Below, piece after piece: positions 1-13,190 of a stretch of DNA of 64,000 nucleotides. Position 1 is the first letter of the stretch, and each line of letters starts with the position of its first letter. Both the position numbers and the translations under genes were made by a program. The notes below the pieces were generated by a model. It had not been told where the DNA came from. It worked only from the letters and a program-made list of their open reading frames with translations, and did not search any database. Origin of the DNA: Octopus sinensis (Eukaryota); contig NC_043018.1 of the NCBI RefSeq assembly GCF_006345805.1, positions 7,626,001-7,690,000 of the forward strand, read 5' to 3'.

Positions 1-1357
1 AAGCCTCATTCGAGGAAAATTTAAGTAATACTAAGCAATAAAGGGTTTAGCAACGAATTGCCTTACCACATACCGAATTTAGAAATAGCAGTCAAAGAGT
101 TATAGCTATTACTTCTACTAAAAAGGGAGATCTCAGTAAAAACAGCAATTGGAAGGCAGACACAAACAGGTAAGAGAGAATGAATTGACGGCAATCTATC
201 ATACAATTTTAAGTTATCTACGGACGTGTATAAAGACAACAAACGGAAAATATGACATATATATATATATATATAGGCGTAGGAGTGACTGTGTGACAAG
301 AAGTCTGCTGCCTGGTCACTAGGTCAAATAGATTTGGACGATGGAAACTGAAAAAAGCCCGTCGTATATACGTGTTTGTGGGCCGGAGGGGGCTAGCTTC
401 GTGCTTGTCCCAGACAACCGCTTGTTGACTTCCTTTCCATCCCCGCAACTTAGAAGTTCGACGAAATTAACCGATAGAATATGTCGAATGACTGAGACAA
501 GTAAATGTTTTTTTTAGATATATCGTAGTAATATCTAATGTAGTTGTGGTTTACGACCAGTCAGGACGTTACCATTGGTTTCACACTTTTTATACTCTTA
601 GCAATATAGACGTCTCCCACGGCTAAGAACGTAAAAGGCGCGAAAGCAAAGGTGGCTCCCTGACCGGCCATACCAGCCACATAGTTTCGGGTTCATTCAC
701 ACTGCGTGGCACCTTAGAACCTAGGGTTGGATTCAAAATTCTACCAGGACACCTGATGAAGCTGAAATTTTGTGGTAGCAACAAACAAGATGAGGACAAA
801 TATCCGTCCAATGTAAATATTGTACAGAATTCCTCATCTCTAAAATATAGAACAATTTATGATTGTTTCAAAAATTCCATGTTGACTTAATCTTGCATCG
901 TGTTTTTAAACGACTCCACAATTAATGATGTAGTCATATCCGTTGTACAGATACCCCGTTCATAGAAATGATCCCTCGCAACTCTCTACAAAAAATAATC
1001 TGCTGAAGTGTTTGTCTATCGCTTAAATATAGGACATTAATCAATGTTTATAGTGGACGGCACAGCGGTCACGTTTATAAACATGATTGAAGATAAGTCA
1101 AAATGAATTTGTAGAAATAATTGTAAACTATGAAATAAAAATAATAACGCAAACTCCACTTTTCAGTGCTTATTACTTCTGTAACCCCTCAGAGGAAACA
1201 TGACTCCTCTTCACTCCTCTCCACCCTTCATTTATGGTTTGAGAATAATTCTATAATTGTTGTAAACTGGAATGGAACTTACTCTCTTTCTGCTCACATC
1301 CATTCACCATTCAATGCTACTTGCTTTGCATCTTTTAGAGAGATAGATTAGATATAA

Positions 1358-1756
1358 CTAGCAGTATCGCCCGGCGTTGCTCGGGTTTGTAAGGGAAATA
1401 ACTATATAAGCATTTTTAGAGAGTTATAGCCAAAAAATAGCAAAAAAAAATGCATTAAAAATGGAAAAAAAAATGATGGTAATTTTTTTTAAATCGTTGA
1501 CTCATCGTAGACATTTTTAGAGAGTTACTTCCCTTATATAATATCGAAAAAATGCATTAAAAATGGAAAAAAAATGATGGTAATTTTTTTTTTAATCGTA
1601 AACTCATCGTAGACGCGCGCTAATACCAGAAGGGCTCGATATGAATCACGACTATAAGATACCCGGTTTTGGTTAAACTGCACCGCAAAATGTGGGAGTA
1701 GTTAGGAATCTAAATCGTAGGAGACAGACACACAACCTCTCTTTTATATATAAGGA
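1358..1756 (-). mobile_element. Non-autonomous Helitron
   Basis: On the minus strand A|TC...CCCGAGCAACGCCGGG hairpin...CTAG|T, no TSD; internal tandem duplication of about 100 bp. Confidence 0.82.
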
Positions 1757-3898
1757 TAAACTCAAAGAGCAACTAGAAAGTGAAAGTAGTTTCTAACTTA
1801 GGATGTCTCACAGATAGTGGTGGCAATGGTGTTGGAGGTGGTAGATGTGGTTATCATGGCAGTGGTGGTGTAGTGGTGACAGTGGATGTGTATGATGGCA
1901 GAAATTATAGTGTTGGTGTTTTTGTAGAGGTGGTGGTGGTGGTGGCGGCAGTGGATGATGATGATAATGATGATGATAGTAGTAGTAGCATTGATTATGT
2001 TAGGATGTCTCATGGATGGTAGAGTTGAAGACATTGCAGAGTGTAGTGGTGGGGAAATTGGTGATTTTGAATATGATGCTGGTATTGATCTTGGGGTTGT
2101 GGTTGCAGAAGATGGTTGTGGTGGTGGCATTCGAGGTTGTAGTAATGGTCGTAGTGGTGGTTGTGAAGATGATTCTGATATTGATAGTCTTTGCATTGAG
2201 GTGGTGGCAGAGTCAGAGTAAATAATAAGAGCCGAGTTAACACAAGATTCTTAAATTTCGGAGATCATAAGATAGAGAGCAAGAAGTTAAAAGTTCCAAT
2301 ACTGTCCCAATTCCTACACCCCAGATTCTTCAAATATTTTATAAGAAAGGGGTTAATGGCAGGATAGGGATTCAGCTTAAAAATAAATTGTATAACAAAA
2401 AATACATAAATAAATTACTGCTCCAACGATGTAATTTTAGTATGTGTGTATGTATGTATGTGTGTGCGTGTAAGCAATGCAAACAATGGAAAATAATTTA
2501 AACACTCATTTTCTGATGTCTAAGGATGGATATTTATGCGTATGAATCTTTTTCTTTTTCTTTTCTTTGAAATATAATTCTAGGGAACTGAAAAAGCTGT
2601 GTACGATGTCAAGCGAATTTAGCTGTTTACGATGAGCGGATGTTTACGTTACAAACGAATCTGTAGGTCTGTTTACATGTTTACGTTAACTACGTCACAA
2701 AATAGCTGTTTACGTCACAGTAACAATATTTTGAGAGGCAGTAAATAATATGAGGTCGAAAGAAAGAATACCATTGGTTAAAATTCGAATTATTAAACAA
2801 CGTTAAACTTAGAAATTACAATTCCGTTTTCATTTTGGGTTACAATTATGTTTTCTTTTGACACATTCTACCAGTATACGAAGTTTCAAATTGTTTAGTT
2901 AACTAAGAAAATCTGGCCTTCAAACTGAAAAGATCCTCAGTCTCTCGATTTAAGATCACCACCGAGGCCCCTTTGTGGCAAGCATTTAAGCCAGATCTCT
3001 GATTTAAAGATACTGTGGAGGAGTGAAAGATGTCAGGACCGGAAGTGACGGAGGAAGGGACACGTCACGTCGGGAAGCAGGGTTTTACCCACAATTACTT
3101 CCTCAAACCCCTGACAAATATCATCAGAAATTTTGCCCCATATGAAGAAATCAGAAGGCAAAGAGGTTTTTGGAATCCTTGGGGTTCATTTGGAAAGGCC
3201 TAAATAGTTTGTGTGTCTTTGTGTTTATTTCCCATCTAACCGCTTGACAACCGGTGCTGGTTTGTTTACATCCCCATGACTTAGAGGTTCGGCAAAAGAA
3301 AACCGATAGAATAAAGTACCAAACTTTAAAAAAAAGTACTGCTGTCGATTTGTTCAACTAAATCTTTCGAGGATGTGCTCCAGCATGGTCAAAGTCCTAT
3401 GACTGGAACAAACTGAAGACAATAGATACCACTTCGTATAATTGCTCCTAAAGCAGGATGAAGGTCATTAATTTTGAAGGGAGCAGGTTGGTAGATATTA
3501 ATTTCTTTACTACCCACAAGGGGCCAAACATAGAGGGGACAAACAAGGACAGACAAACGGATTAAGTCGATTACATCGACCCCAGTGCGTAACTGGTACT
3601 TATTTAATCGACCCCCAAAGGATGAAAGGCCAAGTCGACCTCGGCGGAATTCGAACTCAGAATGTAACGGCAGGCGAAATACGGCTACGCATTTCGTCCG
3701 GCGTGCTAACGATTCTGCCAGCTCACCGCCCGGGTTGGTAGATGTCATCGACTTAAGTACTTCAATGATAATTTATTGGACCCTAGCCCTAACCCTAACC
3801 CTGGATGGTTGGGAAATAAAGTTGGTCTTGGCAAGATTTGAATATAAATAACTGGGACAAATAGTACCAAGAATGTCGAAGCTCACCAACCTCTTTTA

Positions 3899-4131
3899 AT
3901 CTTTTACTCTTTTACCTGTTTCAGTCATATGACTGCGGCCATGCTGGAGCACCGCCTTTTGTCGAGCAAATCGACCCCGGGACTTATTCTTTGTAAGCCT
4001 AGTACTTATTCTATCGTTGTCTTTTGCCGAACTGCTAAGTTACGGGGAGACGTAAACACACCAGCATCGGTTGTCAAGCGATGTTGGGTGGGGGGACAAA
4101 CATAGACAAACAAACATATGCACACACATGC

Positions 4132-4229
<98 letters not shown>

Positions 4230-4576
4230 GGTGTGTACCGTTGGCGAATTTTTTTTCTCCATCTTCCCTTCTCTGGATCTTTACTTCTCCTATGTTTCCG
4301 ACGAAGAGCTCCGCTCGAAACGTTAAACCCTCCTTCTTTCCTTCTTTCCTGAGCGTCCAATAATACTATATTTGTTCCACGTCCTCGCGTTGTTGTGTTT
4401 TTGTGCTTTCTTGTTTGGATTAACTTTATGCATATAGATATACATATATATGACAGGCTTCTTTCGGTTTCCGTCTACCAAATCCACTCACAAGGCTTTG
4501 GTCGAGCTTTGCCCAAGGTGTCACGTAGTGGGACTGAACCCGGAACTATGTGGTTTGTAAGCAAGCTACTTACCGC
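3899..4576 (-). mobile_element. SINE family 1 copy with a nested hammerhead-bearing fragment
   Basis: Reverse complement of the 6509 family; foreign ~200 bp at about 4230-4430 inside its microsatellite. Confidence 0.8.
4294..4328 (+). ncRNA. Minimal (Penelope-type) hammerhead motif
   Basis: GTTT-CCGACGA-A-GAGC(TCC)GCTC-GAAA-CG-TT-AAAC; palindromic ACGT in place of stem III. Confidence 0.55.
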
Positions 4577-4650
4577 ACAGCCACTCCTACGCCTTTGGAG
4601 TGACCTGACCACAATTCATATAAAACCATTAGATGCATGTGAACAAATGA

Positions 4651-4727
<77 letters not shown>

Positions 4728-4804
4728 GATTGCAGTAGCTTGTATTTCGTTTGTTCTATGACTTACAGTTGTGTCAACAACTTGTGGATGACAAATAAAC
4801 CATA

Positions 4805-5398
4805 CAGGGTGTCCCAAAATTAAGATAACCGTAATTTCGGGTTTTAAAAACTATCAATAAATGTGACAAGATATGAAAATGATACATCATTATAAAAGCT
4901 TTGTGTGTCTTCTTTTTGTTTCAGACTAAATAGATTCAGGTTTATAAATTAGATAATGGCTATAGACCGAAATACAATCATAGCCCTCCACAAAGGAGGC
5001 GAAAATAATACAGCTATAGCAAAACAGCTTAAAATTAACCGAAAAACAGAGTAGAAAATTGTCAAGAAATTTCAAGAGACCGGTTCCACCACTGATCGGA
5101 AAAGAAGTGTGTAGACCCCTCAGCTTATCAAAAGCACCAGAAAAAAAAATACGGTGAAACCCTCGTCATTCCGTCCCAAAACTGGCTGTCACAGCAAAAG
5201 TAATTTGGACACCAGCATATCGAGTGCTGAAGGAGGATCTCAGGACCCACCCCTAAAGATGATCCGCCGTCATGAGCTCACGCAAGTTCATAAGGCCGTG
5301 AAACTGGAGTGAATTTGTCTTATCCTCCATCAGATTGCTGAAGGTACGCTGCCCAACCTGGAGTTCATTGATGAAAAGAAATTTGACATCGAACAGAC
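4805..5398 (+). mobile_element. maT/DD37D-like (Tc1-mariner superfamily) 5' fragment, degenerate
   Basis: TA|CAGGGTGTCCCAAAA terminus; decayed ORF from ATG 4956 (MAIDRNTIIALHKGG..., HTH region) to ...FIDEKKFDIEQ (first catalytic Asp), with stops. Confidence 0.7.
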
Positions 5399-5874
5399 AG
5401 TAGATTTATTGTTAATCACAATTGTTTCGACACATCAAGCATCGCTTACTCATGGATGGAACACTCAACAACTGGTTCAGGGGCATCCGGGGGTGCAGAT
5501 GTGTCTCGTCAAGTGATAAATACAGTTCGTTTAAATAAGTGTTCCGCAATGTAACTTCCCGTTTTGTAGAAAGCAAAGCAGTCAGACGGAAGAAATATCT
5601 TCATTTATATAGAAGATAAAAAATAAACTCACAGATGGCAAAAAGAGAAACGAACACACAATCCAGCGAGAAAAGTAGTAAAAATAACCGTTAACAAAAA
5701 TGGATGTATAAACGCCCTCGGACAAGCTGCCTGACACAAGTAAACTCGCTCATACAAGCATCCGCAAAAATGTGAACATACGCACACGTGAGGTTTGGTG
5801 CACACGTGATCACAAAGCGAGTTAGCTGTCAACTTTGTGTTCGTAAGAATGGGGAGGTTAAAAGTAAATTTAAG

Positions 5875-6105
5875 GGATCTTTTCGGTTTGAACGGCAGTT
5901 TTTTCTAGCGGTATCATATGAAATTGTCACCCATAATTATGACCCTAGTATCGATCTATTGCATTTCAATCTGTTTTAGGGTTAGGTTTAAGGTTAGGGT
6001 TAGGGTTAGGGGTGGGGGGGAAGGCTATCTTTTTTTCTTCAGAAATGTAAATAAACCCAATCTGTTTCTTAAACGAGGGACATATTCATACGGCACAGAA
6101 TGTGT
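5875..6105 (+). mobile_element. GG-ended MITE (Merlin-like), 3'-truncated copy
   Basis: Starts with the family TIR GGATCTTTTCGGTTTGAACGGCAGTTTT; body matches the other copies. Confidence 0.75.
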
Positions 6106-6673
6106 GTGTGTATGAAGGTGGCGTCTGTCTCCAAAACTCCAAAGTTGAGTAACATAGTGAAGCTTGGGTTTGTAAACTATGATAAAAATTTGTCAAAAAA
6201 GATTTGTCCCAAGGAAAAGAATACCTGCATCTCAAATTTCTTTGTATGCAGAATTCAAAAATAATGTCAAATTATCCGTATCACCCACAGTTTCTCTGTT
6301 CCACGATATCCCTCTCAGTTCCTGTTACGTGGGCTAAATTTCAGTTAAGCTGTTGAAATGCGAAGCTAGCAGTTTAAGAAATACTCCTAATTTAAATTTT
6401 TATGAACAGAATTAACTTATTGAAATCATAACTCCAGCTATCTGAGTCAATGAGTCCCCAAAATATACGAAATGAAAAATACGATATGAAAAATATGATA
6501 TGAAAAATAGGCGCAGGAGTGGCTGTGTGGTAAGTAGCTTGTTTACCAACCACATGGTTCCGGGTCCAGTCCCACTGCGTGGCACCTTGGGCAAGTATCT
6601 TCTACTATAGCCTCAGGCCGACCAAAGCCTTGTGAGTGGATTTGGTAGACGGAAACTGAAAAGAAGCCCGTCG

Positions 6674-6705
<32 letters not shown>

Positions 6706-7995
6706 CGAGGGGCGTTCAATAAGAAATGCCTCTGACCCACTTGCAGTTGTTTGATCTAGCTGAAATTTTGCATGTGCAATTACCTATATCTCTATAGATT
6801 AAGTGGCAAATTACAGCTCTGAACTAATTGTGGTTTCTGATTTACAGGTATTTGAACTGAGTCAAGTGTGAAACGGAGCCTGTTGAATGTCGAGCAGTGA
6901 TGCGGTTTTTGTATTTGAAAGGACGCACACCACGGGAGACTTTTGATGAAATAAAAGTAACTTATGGTGATGATGCCCCATCATATGACCTTGTAAAACG
7001 CTGGCATCGGGAATTCAAACATGGTCGGAACTTTGTGGAAACAGCTCCCAGATCTGGTCGCCCCCTTCTGCCATTGATGAGGCATCTGTCCGTCAAGTTG
7101 AGGCTGCCATTTTGGAAGATCGACGCATAACTATTCGCCAAATAGCCCATGAGGTCAAGATTAGTACCTAGTCTGTGGAAACTATCATTCATGACCATTT
7201 GCATATGCAAAAGGTGTCTGCCAGATGGATTCCCAGGCTGCTCACACCTTTCCAGAAGCAAGAACGCGTCGATAGCGCGAGGATGAATTTGAAGATGTGC
7301 CAAGAAGATGAGTCAAAATTTTTCATAAGACTGATTACACAGGATGAAACCTGGGTCCATCACTATGATCCAGAGACCAAAGCCCAGTCAATGCAGTGGA
7401 AGCACCGTGACTCACCTCCTCCAAAGAAGGCAAGGGTGCAGCCCTCCGCTGGCAAGGTCATGCTCACAGTCTTCTGGGACCAGGGCGGAGTAGTGATGAC
7501 AGATTTCCTGGCAAAGGGTACCACAATTACAGGAGCCTATTATGCTTCACTTTTGATGAAATTAAGAGAAGCTATCAAAATCAAGAGGCGGGGCAAGATC
7601 AGCAAAGGCATCTCCTCCTGCAGGACAACGCTCCGGTCCACAACTCGATGGTCACCAGATCAGAAGCACAGGCGTGCGGCTATGAACTCATCCCCCATGC
7701 CCCTACTCTCTTGACCTTGCACCGTCGGATTTTCACATCTTCCCAGCCATGAAGTTGTTTTTGAAAGGAAAGCGTTTCCCAGATGATGCAGCCTTGATTT
7801 CTGAAGTCACGTCGTGGTTGGAGGACCAAGCTGGGGTCTTCTACAAAAACGGTCTTCAGAGCTGCATCAAACGATGGAAGAAATGCGTAACTCTGGGTGG
7901 TTCCTATGTAGAAAAAGACTAATAACTGTGCCAAGTTTCGTTGCTCTACTGCTATGGGAAGTGGGTCAGGGGCATTACTTATTGAACGCCCCTCG
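6706..7995 (+). mobile_element. Mariner (irritans/Hsmar2-like, DD34D) transposon, full length but defective; copy 1 of a tandem pair
   Basis: TA-flanked TIRs CGAGGGGCGTTCAATAAG; transposase motifs WIPRLL, QDETW, QDNA...PSDFHIF with 34 residues between the last two Asp after frame correction; three frameshifts and an in-frame TAG. Confidence 0.95.
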
Positions 7996-8017
7996 TATAT
8001 ATATATATATATATATA

Positions 8018-9308
8018 CGAGGGGCGTTCAATAAGAAATGCCTCTGACCCACTTGCAGTTGTTTGATCTAGCTGAAATTTTGCATGTGCAATTACCTATA
8101 TCTCTATAGATTAAGTGGCAAATTACAGCTCTGAACTAATTGTGGTTTCTGATTTACAGGTATTTGAACTGAGTCAAGTGTGAAACGGAGCCTGTTGAAT
8201 GTCGAGCAGTGATGCGGTTTTTGTATTTGAAAGGACGCACACCACGGGAGACTTTTGATGAAATAAAAGTAACTTATGGTGATGATGCCCCATCATATGA
8301 CCTTGTAAAACGCTGGCATCGGGAATTCAAACATGGTCGGAACTTTGTGGAAACAGCTCCCAGATCTGGTCGCCCCCTTCTGCCATTGATGAGGCATCTG
8401 TCCGTCAAGTTGAGGCTGCCATTTTGGAAGATCGACGCATAACTATTCGCCAAATAGCCCATGAGGTCAAGATTAGTACCTAGTCTGTGGAAACTATCAT
8501 TCATGACCATTTGCATATGCAAAAGGTGTCTGCCAGATGGATTCCCAGGCTGCTCACACCTTTCCAGAAGCAAGAACGCGTCGATAGCGCGAGGATGAAT
8601 TTGAAGATGTGCCAAGAAGATGAGTCAAAATTTTTCATAAGACTGATTACACAGGATGAAACCTGGGTCCATCACTATGATCCAGAGACCAAAGCCCAGT
8701 CAATGCAGTGGAAGCACCGTGACTCACCTCCTCCAAAGAAGGCAAGGGTGCAGCCCTCCGCTGGCAAGGTCATGCTCACAGTCTTCTGGGACCAGGGCGG
8801 AGTAGTGATGACAGATTTCCTGGCAAAGGGTACCACAATTACAGGAGCCTATTATGCTTCACTTTTGATGAAATTAAGAGAAGCTATCAAAATCAAGAGG
8901 CGGGGCAAGATCAGCAAAGGCATCCTCCTCCTGCAGGACAACGCTCCGGTCCACAACTCGATGGTCACCAGATCAGAAGCACAGGCGTGCGGCTATGAAC
9001 TCATCCCCCATGCCCCTACTCTCTTGACCTTGCACCGTCGGATTTTCACATCTTCCCAGCCATGAAGTTGTTTTTGAAAGGAAAGCGTTTCCCAGATGAT
9101 GCAGCCTTGATTTCTGAAGTCACGTCGTGGTTGGAGGACCAAGCTGGGGTCTTCTACAAAAACGGTCTTCAGAGCTGCATCAAACGATGGAAGAAATGCG
9201 TAACTCTGGGTGGTTCCTATGTAGAAAAAGACTAATAACTGTGCCAAGTTTCGTTGCTCTACTGCTATGGGAAGTGGGTCAGGGGCATTACTTATTGAAC
9301 GCCCCTCG
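8018..9308 (+). mobile_element. Mariner transposon, copy 2 of the tandem pair (1291 bp), defective
   Basis: Near-identical to 6706..7995 with the same TIRs; separated from it by (TA)11. Confidence 0.95.
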
Positions 9309-9340
<32 letters not shown>

Positions 9341-10014
9341 TGTGTGTGTGTTTGTGTGTGTCTGTGTTTGTCCCCCTAGCATTGCTTGACAACCGATGCT
9401 GATGTGTTTATGTCCCCGTCACTTAGCGGTTCCGCAAGAGAGACCGATAGAATAAGTACTGGGCTTACAAAGAATAAGTCCCGGGGTCGATTTGCTCGAT
9501 TAAAGGCGGTGCTCCAGCATGGCCGCAGTCAAATGACTGAAACAAGTAAAAGAGTAAAGAGTAAAGAGAGATTACGTAAAAACACTAACACACAGTAGCA
9601 CAGAAAAATATGTAATGTACTAACTAACACACAGGAAAATTAAAACAAAGCACGCGGGTGAAAAGAATCTCGTGGTGTGAAGAATTAAGAGTGAAAAATC
9701 ACCAACAGCGACACAGACAACAGCGACACAGACAACAGCGACACAGACAACAGCGAACCATATCACAGCATGTGTTTGTCATGGTAACAAGCTGCTAATG
9801 CCATGCTGTCTGCTGATTGGCTAAAATTACCCAAATTTCCCAACTTTAATGCCAAATAACATCGGCTTCTTTGATTTACGAGGTAAAGTAATTGGTCGAT
9901 CGTAATCAAACTTCAGAGTTGCATCGATACACCAAAATCGAAATAAATCGGAGCAAAATTAAGTGAGGGCTCATTTTACGAATGAGAAACACCAGATCCC
10001 GAGTCCCTAACACT

Positions 10015-10155
10015 CCTCATTGAGAGGTCACAACTTCCGTACTACGGACACGTGGTTAGAATGTCGGAGGAAAGAATCGCAAGATGGATTCTTCAAGCTG
10101 AGCCAAACGGCAGCAAATCTAGAGGTAGATTAAAAATGAGATGGTTGGATAGTAC
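10015..10155 (+). mobile_element. RTE-clade LINE 3' fragment
   Basis: Frame reads IERSQLPYYGHVVRMSEERIARWILQAEPNGSKSRGRLKMRWLD. Confidence 0.7.
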
Positions 10156-10234
10156 CCATAGACACAGGCATGGTTGTGTGGTGAGATGTTTGCTCCCCCA
10201 AACACATGGTTCCCTGTGACACTTTCGGAAAGTG

Positions 10235-10660
10235 GGATCTTTTCGGTTTGAACGGCAGTTTTTTTTTAATAATTTCCATGTAACTAAACACTTTTAAACT
10301 TCGTATACTGGTGGAATGTGTTTATAAAACATCTTTTTCTCTTGGCTTTATTGAGAAAATTCTATAGTTTGTAAGATATTTGTTGTTTTTTCTTCAATTT
10401 CTGCAATTTCAACCAATCAATGACGTCTATTGAGGTAAAAAAAAACATTCTGTGCCGTATGAATATGTCCCTCGTTTAAGAAACAGATTGGGTTTATTTA
10501 CATTTGTGAAGAAAAATAGATACCCCATCCCCCACCCCTAACCCTAACCCTAACACTAAAACAGATTGAAATACAATAGATCGATACTAAGGTCATAATT
10601 ATGGGTGACAATTTCATATGACACCGCTAGAAAAAACTGCCGTTCAAACCGAAAAGATCT
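10235..10660 (-). mobile_element. GG-ended MITE (Merlin-like), inserted into a SINE
   Basis: TIRs at both ends; 8-bp TSD GGAAAGTG (10227-10234 and 10661-10668). Confidence 0.88.
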
Positions 10661-11046
10661 GGAAAGTGTCTTCTACTATAGCCTCGGGTGACCAAAGCAT
10701 TGCGAGTGGATTTGGTAGACGGAAACCGAAAGAAGTCCGTCACGTGTGTGTGTGTGTGTGTGTCCTGATGGCAACCAAACAACCGTGTTAGATCTATAAA
10801 GTCCTTAAGCAAATATTTCTGCTCATAAATCTCCATGTCAGCACACACCAAGTGACAGAAGGTAATGCAAAGTGGAGCGAGGGGGGTGGGGGGCTTTCAA
10901 GTCCTGTGTATTCAACAACGGACGAACGCTTTATTATCGCAACATCCAATCCAACTCGTTATAAATAGGTATAATGGGTAGGTGCAGTTTACCACAGTTG
11001 TCACGTCCAGGCTTAAACACCGACAATCTTCCTTCCTTCCTTACAT

Positions 11047-11096
<50 letters not shown>

Positions 11097-11164
11097 TTGA
11101 TTTCTTCAAACATCCCAGACTTAATGGCGTTTAAAAGGCAGTCGTGATTAACCACATCCATTCA

Positions 11165-11391
11165 TCCATCATCGCCGGCATGGCCATCATCACCATCATC
11201 ATCCTCATCCTCATCCTCATCATCGTCGTCGTCGTCTTCAATGCTTTCGTCGTCGACGGCGGCGTAGACGTCGTCATCATCATCATCATCATCATCATCA
11301 CCATTATCATCATCATCATCATCACCACCACCACCATCATCATCACCATCATCATCATCATCATCATCATCATCACCACCACCACCACCAC

Positions 11392-11452
<61 letters not shown>

Positions 11453-11500
11453 GTCATCGTCGTCGTCGTCGTCGTTGTTGTCCGTCATCAACATTGCCAC
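11165..11500. repeat. Compound (ATC/GTC/ACC)n trinucleotide tract. Similar tracts at 1800-2220, 12160-12355 (ATT) and 50460-50920
   Basis: Directly visible. Confidence 0.9.
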
Positions 11501-11570
11501 AATCATTTATTTCCTCCGTCCTACCAGCCCCCCACCCACCCTTCGTTCCCCACCCCTCTGCTTAGCAACC

Positions 11571-11608
<38 letters not shown>

Positions 11609-12300
11609 TTTCCTTAATTAATGGTTTCTAGCTCGTTCCCCCGCAGAAGTCTCATAAATTTCAACCACAAAACCCGGTGCCGTCGAGAGAAACAGCAAAA
11701 ACGTGCCGTTCGCTTTTCACGTTAAGTGAATGTCTCCACACAAACAGCACACCGCCCGCCGCCGCCATCATTTCGTCATTATATGAACACTACAGCATTA
11801 ACCAAGCGTTTAAAACCATCACCACCACCACAACACCTAAACCATCACCACCACCAATTCCAACACCATCATCATCATCATCGTCGTCGTCGCTGAGACA
11901 AGAGTCTGTACCTAACGTTTTAAACGTATATTTTACTCGGTCAAATCGTTTGAGCCAAGAAAACTAATTTCTGTGTGTCTATCTGTGTGTCTGTCTGTGT
12001 GTATGTGAACCTCTGTGTGTGTGTGTGTGTGTGCGCGCCTTTGTGTGCGTGTATGTATATATGTATACGTGGGGTGTGTGTTATTAATTGACATCATCAG
12101 TCCGTCTTTGAATTGTCCCCCCTCTTCCTTCGCTCTTGTTGCAAATAGAAGAAAAGAAATCATTATTATTATTATTATTATCAATATTAATAGTATTATC
12201 ATCATCATGATTATTATTATTATTATTATTACTATTATTATTATTATTATTATCATTAGTATTATTATTATCATTATTATTATTATTGTTATTTTTATTG

Positions 12301-12357
<57 letters not shown>

Positions 12358-12699
12358 CTTGTTTAAACACTTGGTCGTCTTTAATTTCCACTGAAATTGT
12401 AGTGGAAACGGTTTTCGGTTGAAGAGCGGCAGAAGTTGTTCATCAGCAACGTTATTATCTCTTAATAGAGAGTTGAATGTCGTCTGCTGGAGTGGAGAGC
12501 GGTGGGGGAACTGAACAAACGGGGTGGTGACTGTAAAGGAAAGAGAAAGACTAAGAGAGAGAGAGTGGAGGAGGGTAAAGCCATGTGTATGAGAGAGAGA
12601 GGGGGAGAAATAGTGTGTATGTGTGTGAGAGAGTGAGGAAGGAGGAGTAGAAATGTATGGGAGAGGATGGGGGATGTAGCGTGTTTTGAGAGAGAGGGG

Positions 12700-12933
12700 G
12701 AAGAAGTGGAGAGGTAGTGAGGGAATGATATAGGCTGAAAGAGAGAAAGAAAGCGAGAGGAGGGAGAAACAGACAGAGAGAAAAAGAGAAAGAGTGAGAA
12801 AACAAAGAGAGAAAGACAAAGGGAAAGAGAAAGGGGTGAGGGAAGGAAAGGATAAGGATTGGAGGGAGATAAAAGCAGACGACAGCGAGCTGCGAAAAGA
12901 GAAGAGAATAAAGAGAAGGTAACTTGGTGCAGT

Positions 12934-12964
<31 letters not shown>

Positions 12965-13190
12965 AGGAAGAAGAGGAGAGGTAGTGAGGGAATGATGTAG
13001 GCTGAAAGAGAGAAAGAAAGAGAGAGGGAGGAGAAACAGACAGAGAGAAAGAGAAAGAGAGAGAAAGACAAAGGGGTGAAGGAAGGAAAGGAGATGGATT
13101 GGAGGGAGATAAAAGCAGACGACAGCGAGCTGCGAAAAGAGAAAAGAATAAAGAGGAGGTAACCTGGTGCAGTGAGGGGGAGAGAGAGAG
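12700..13190 (+). repeat. Tandem duplication (about 265-bp period) of a purine-rich unit
   Basis: ggagaggtagtgagggaatgat ... gggagataaaagcagacgacagcgagctgcgaaaagag ... ggtgcagtgag occurs twice. Confidence 0.8.

Larger units (their letters stand above)
6509..9572 (+). mobile_element. tRNA-derived composite SINE, family 1 (dominant), interrupted by the mariner pair
   Basis: Head GGCGCAGGAGTGGCTGTGTGG (A box) ... GGGTCCAGTCC (B box-like); central microsatellite; 3' tail ggcggtgctccagcatggccgcagtcaaatgactgaaacaag followed by (TAAAGAG)-like repeats. Confidence 0.85.

Noticed and set aside
1284-1335. Possible small minus-strand exon with a strong AGA|gtaagt donor
   Set aside because: Stops in all three frames, a weak acceptor and no partner exons.
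1780-2243. Gly/Asp-rich and Pro/Thr-rich ORFs
   Set aside because: Degenerate GGT/GAT trinucleotide tract; the same applies to 50441-51051.
3035-3085. CCGGAAGTG (ETS-like) and CACGTCACGTC motifs suggesting a promoter
   Set aside because: Short motifs between repeat fragments with no adjacent exon or CpG-rich context.
7175-9065. 179-aa and 192-aa transposase ORFs as an active or domesticated (SETMAR-like) gene
   Set aside because: Both copies have frameshifts and a stop separating the HTH, catalytic and C-terminal parts; no SET domain or splice fusion was found.
11131-11617. Poly-Asp, poly-Ile and poly-Met ORFs (acidic shell- or matrix-like protein)
   Set aside because: Simple (ATC)n tract open in several frames on both strands; no signal peptide, splice context or non-repetitive domain.
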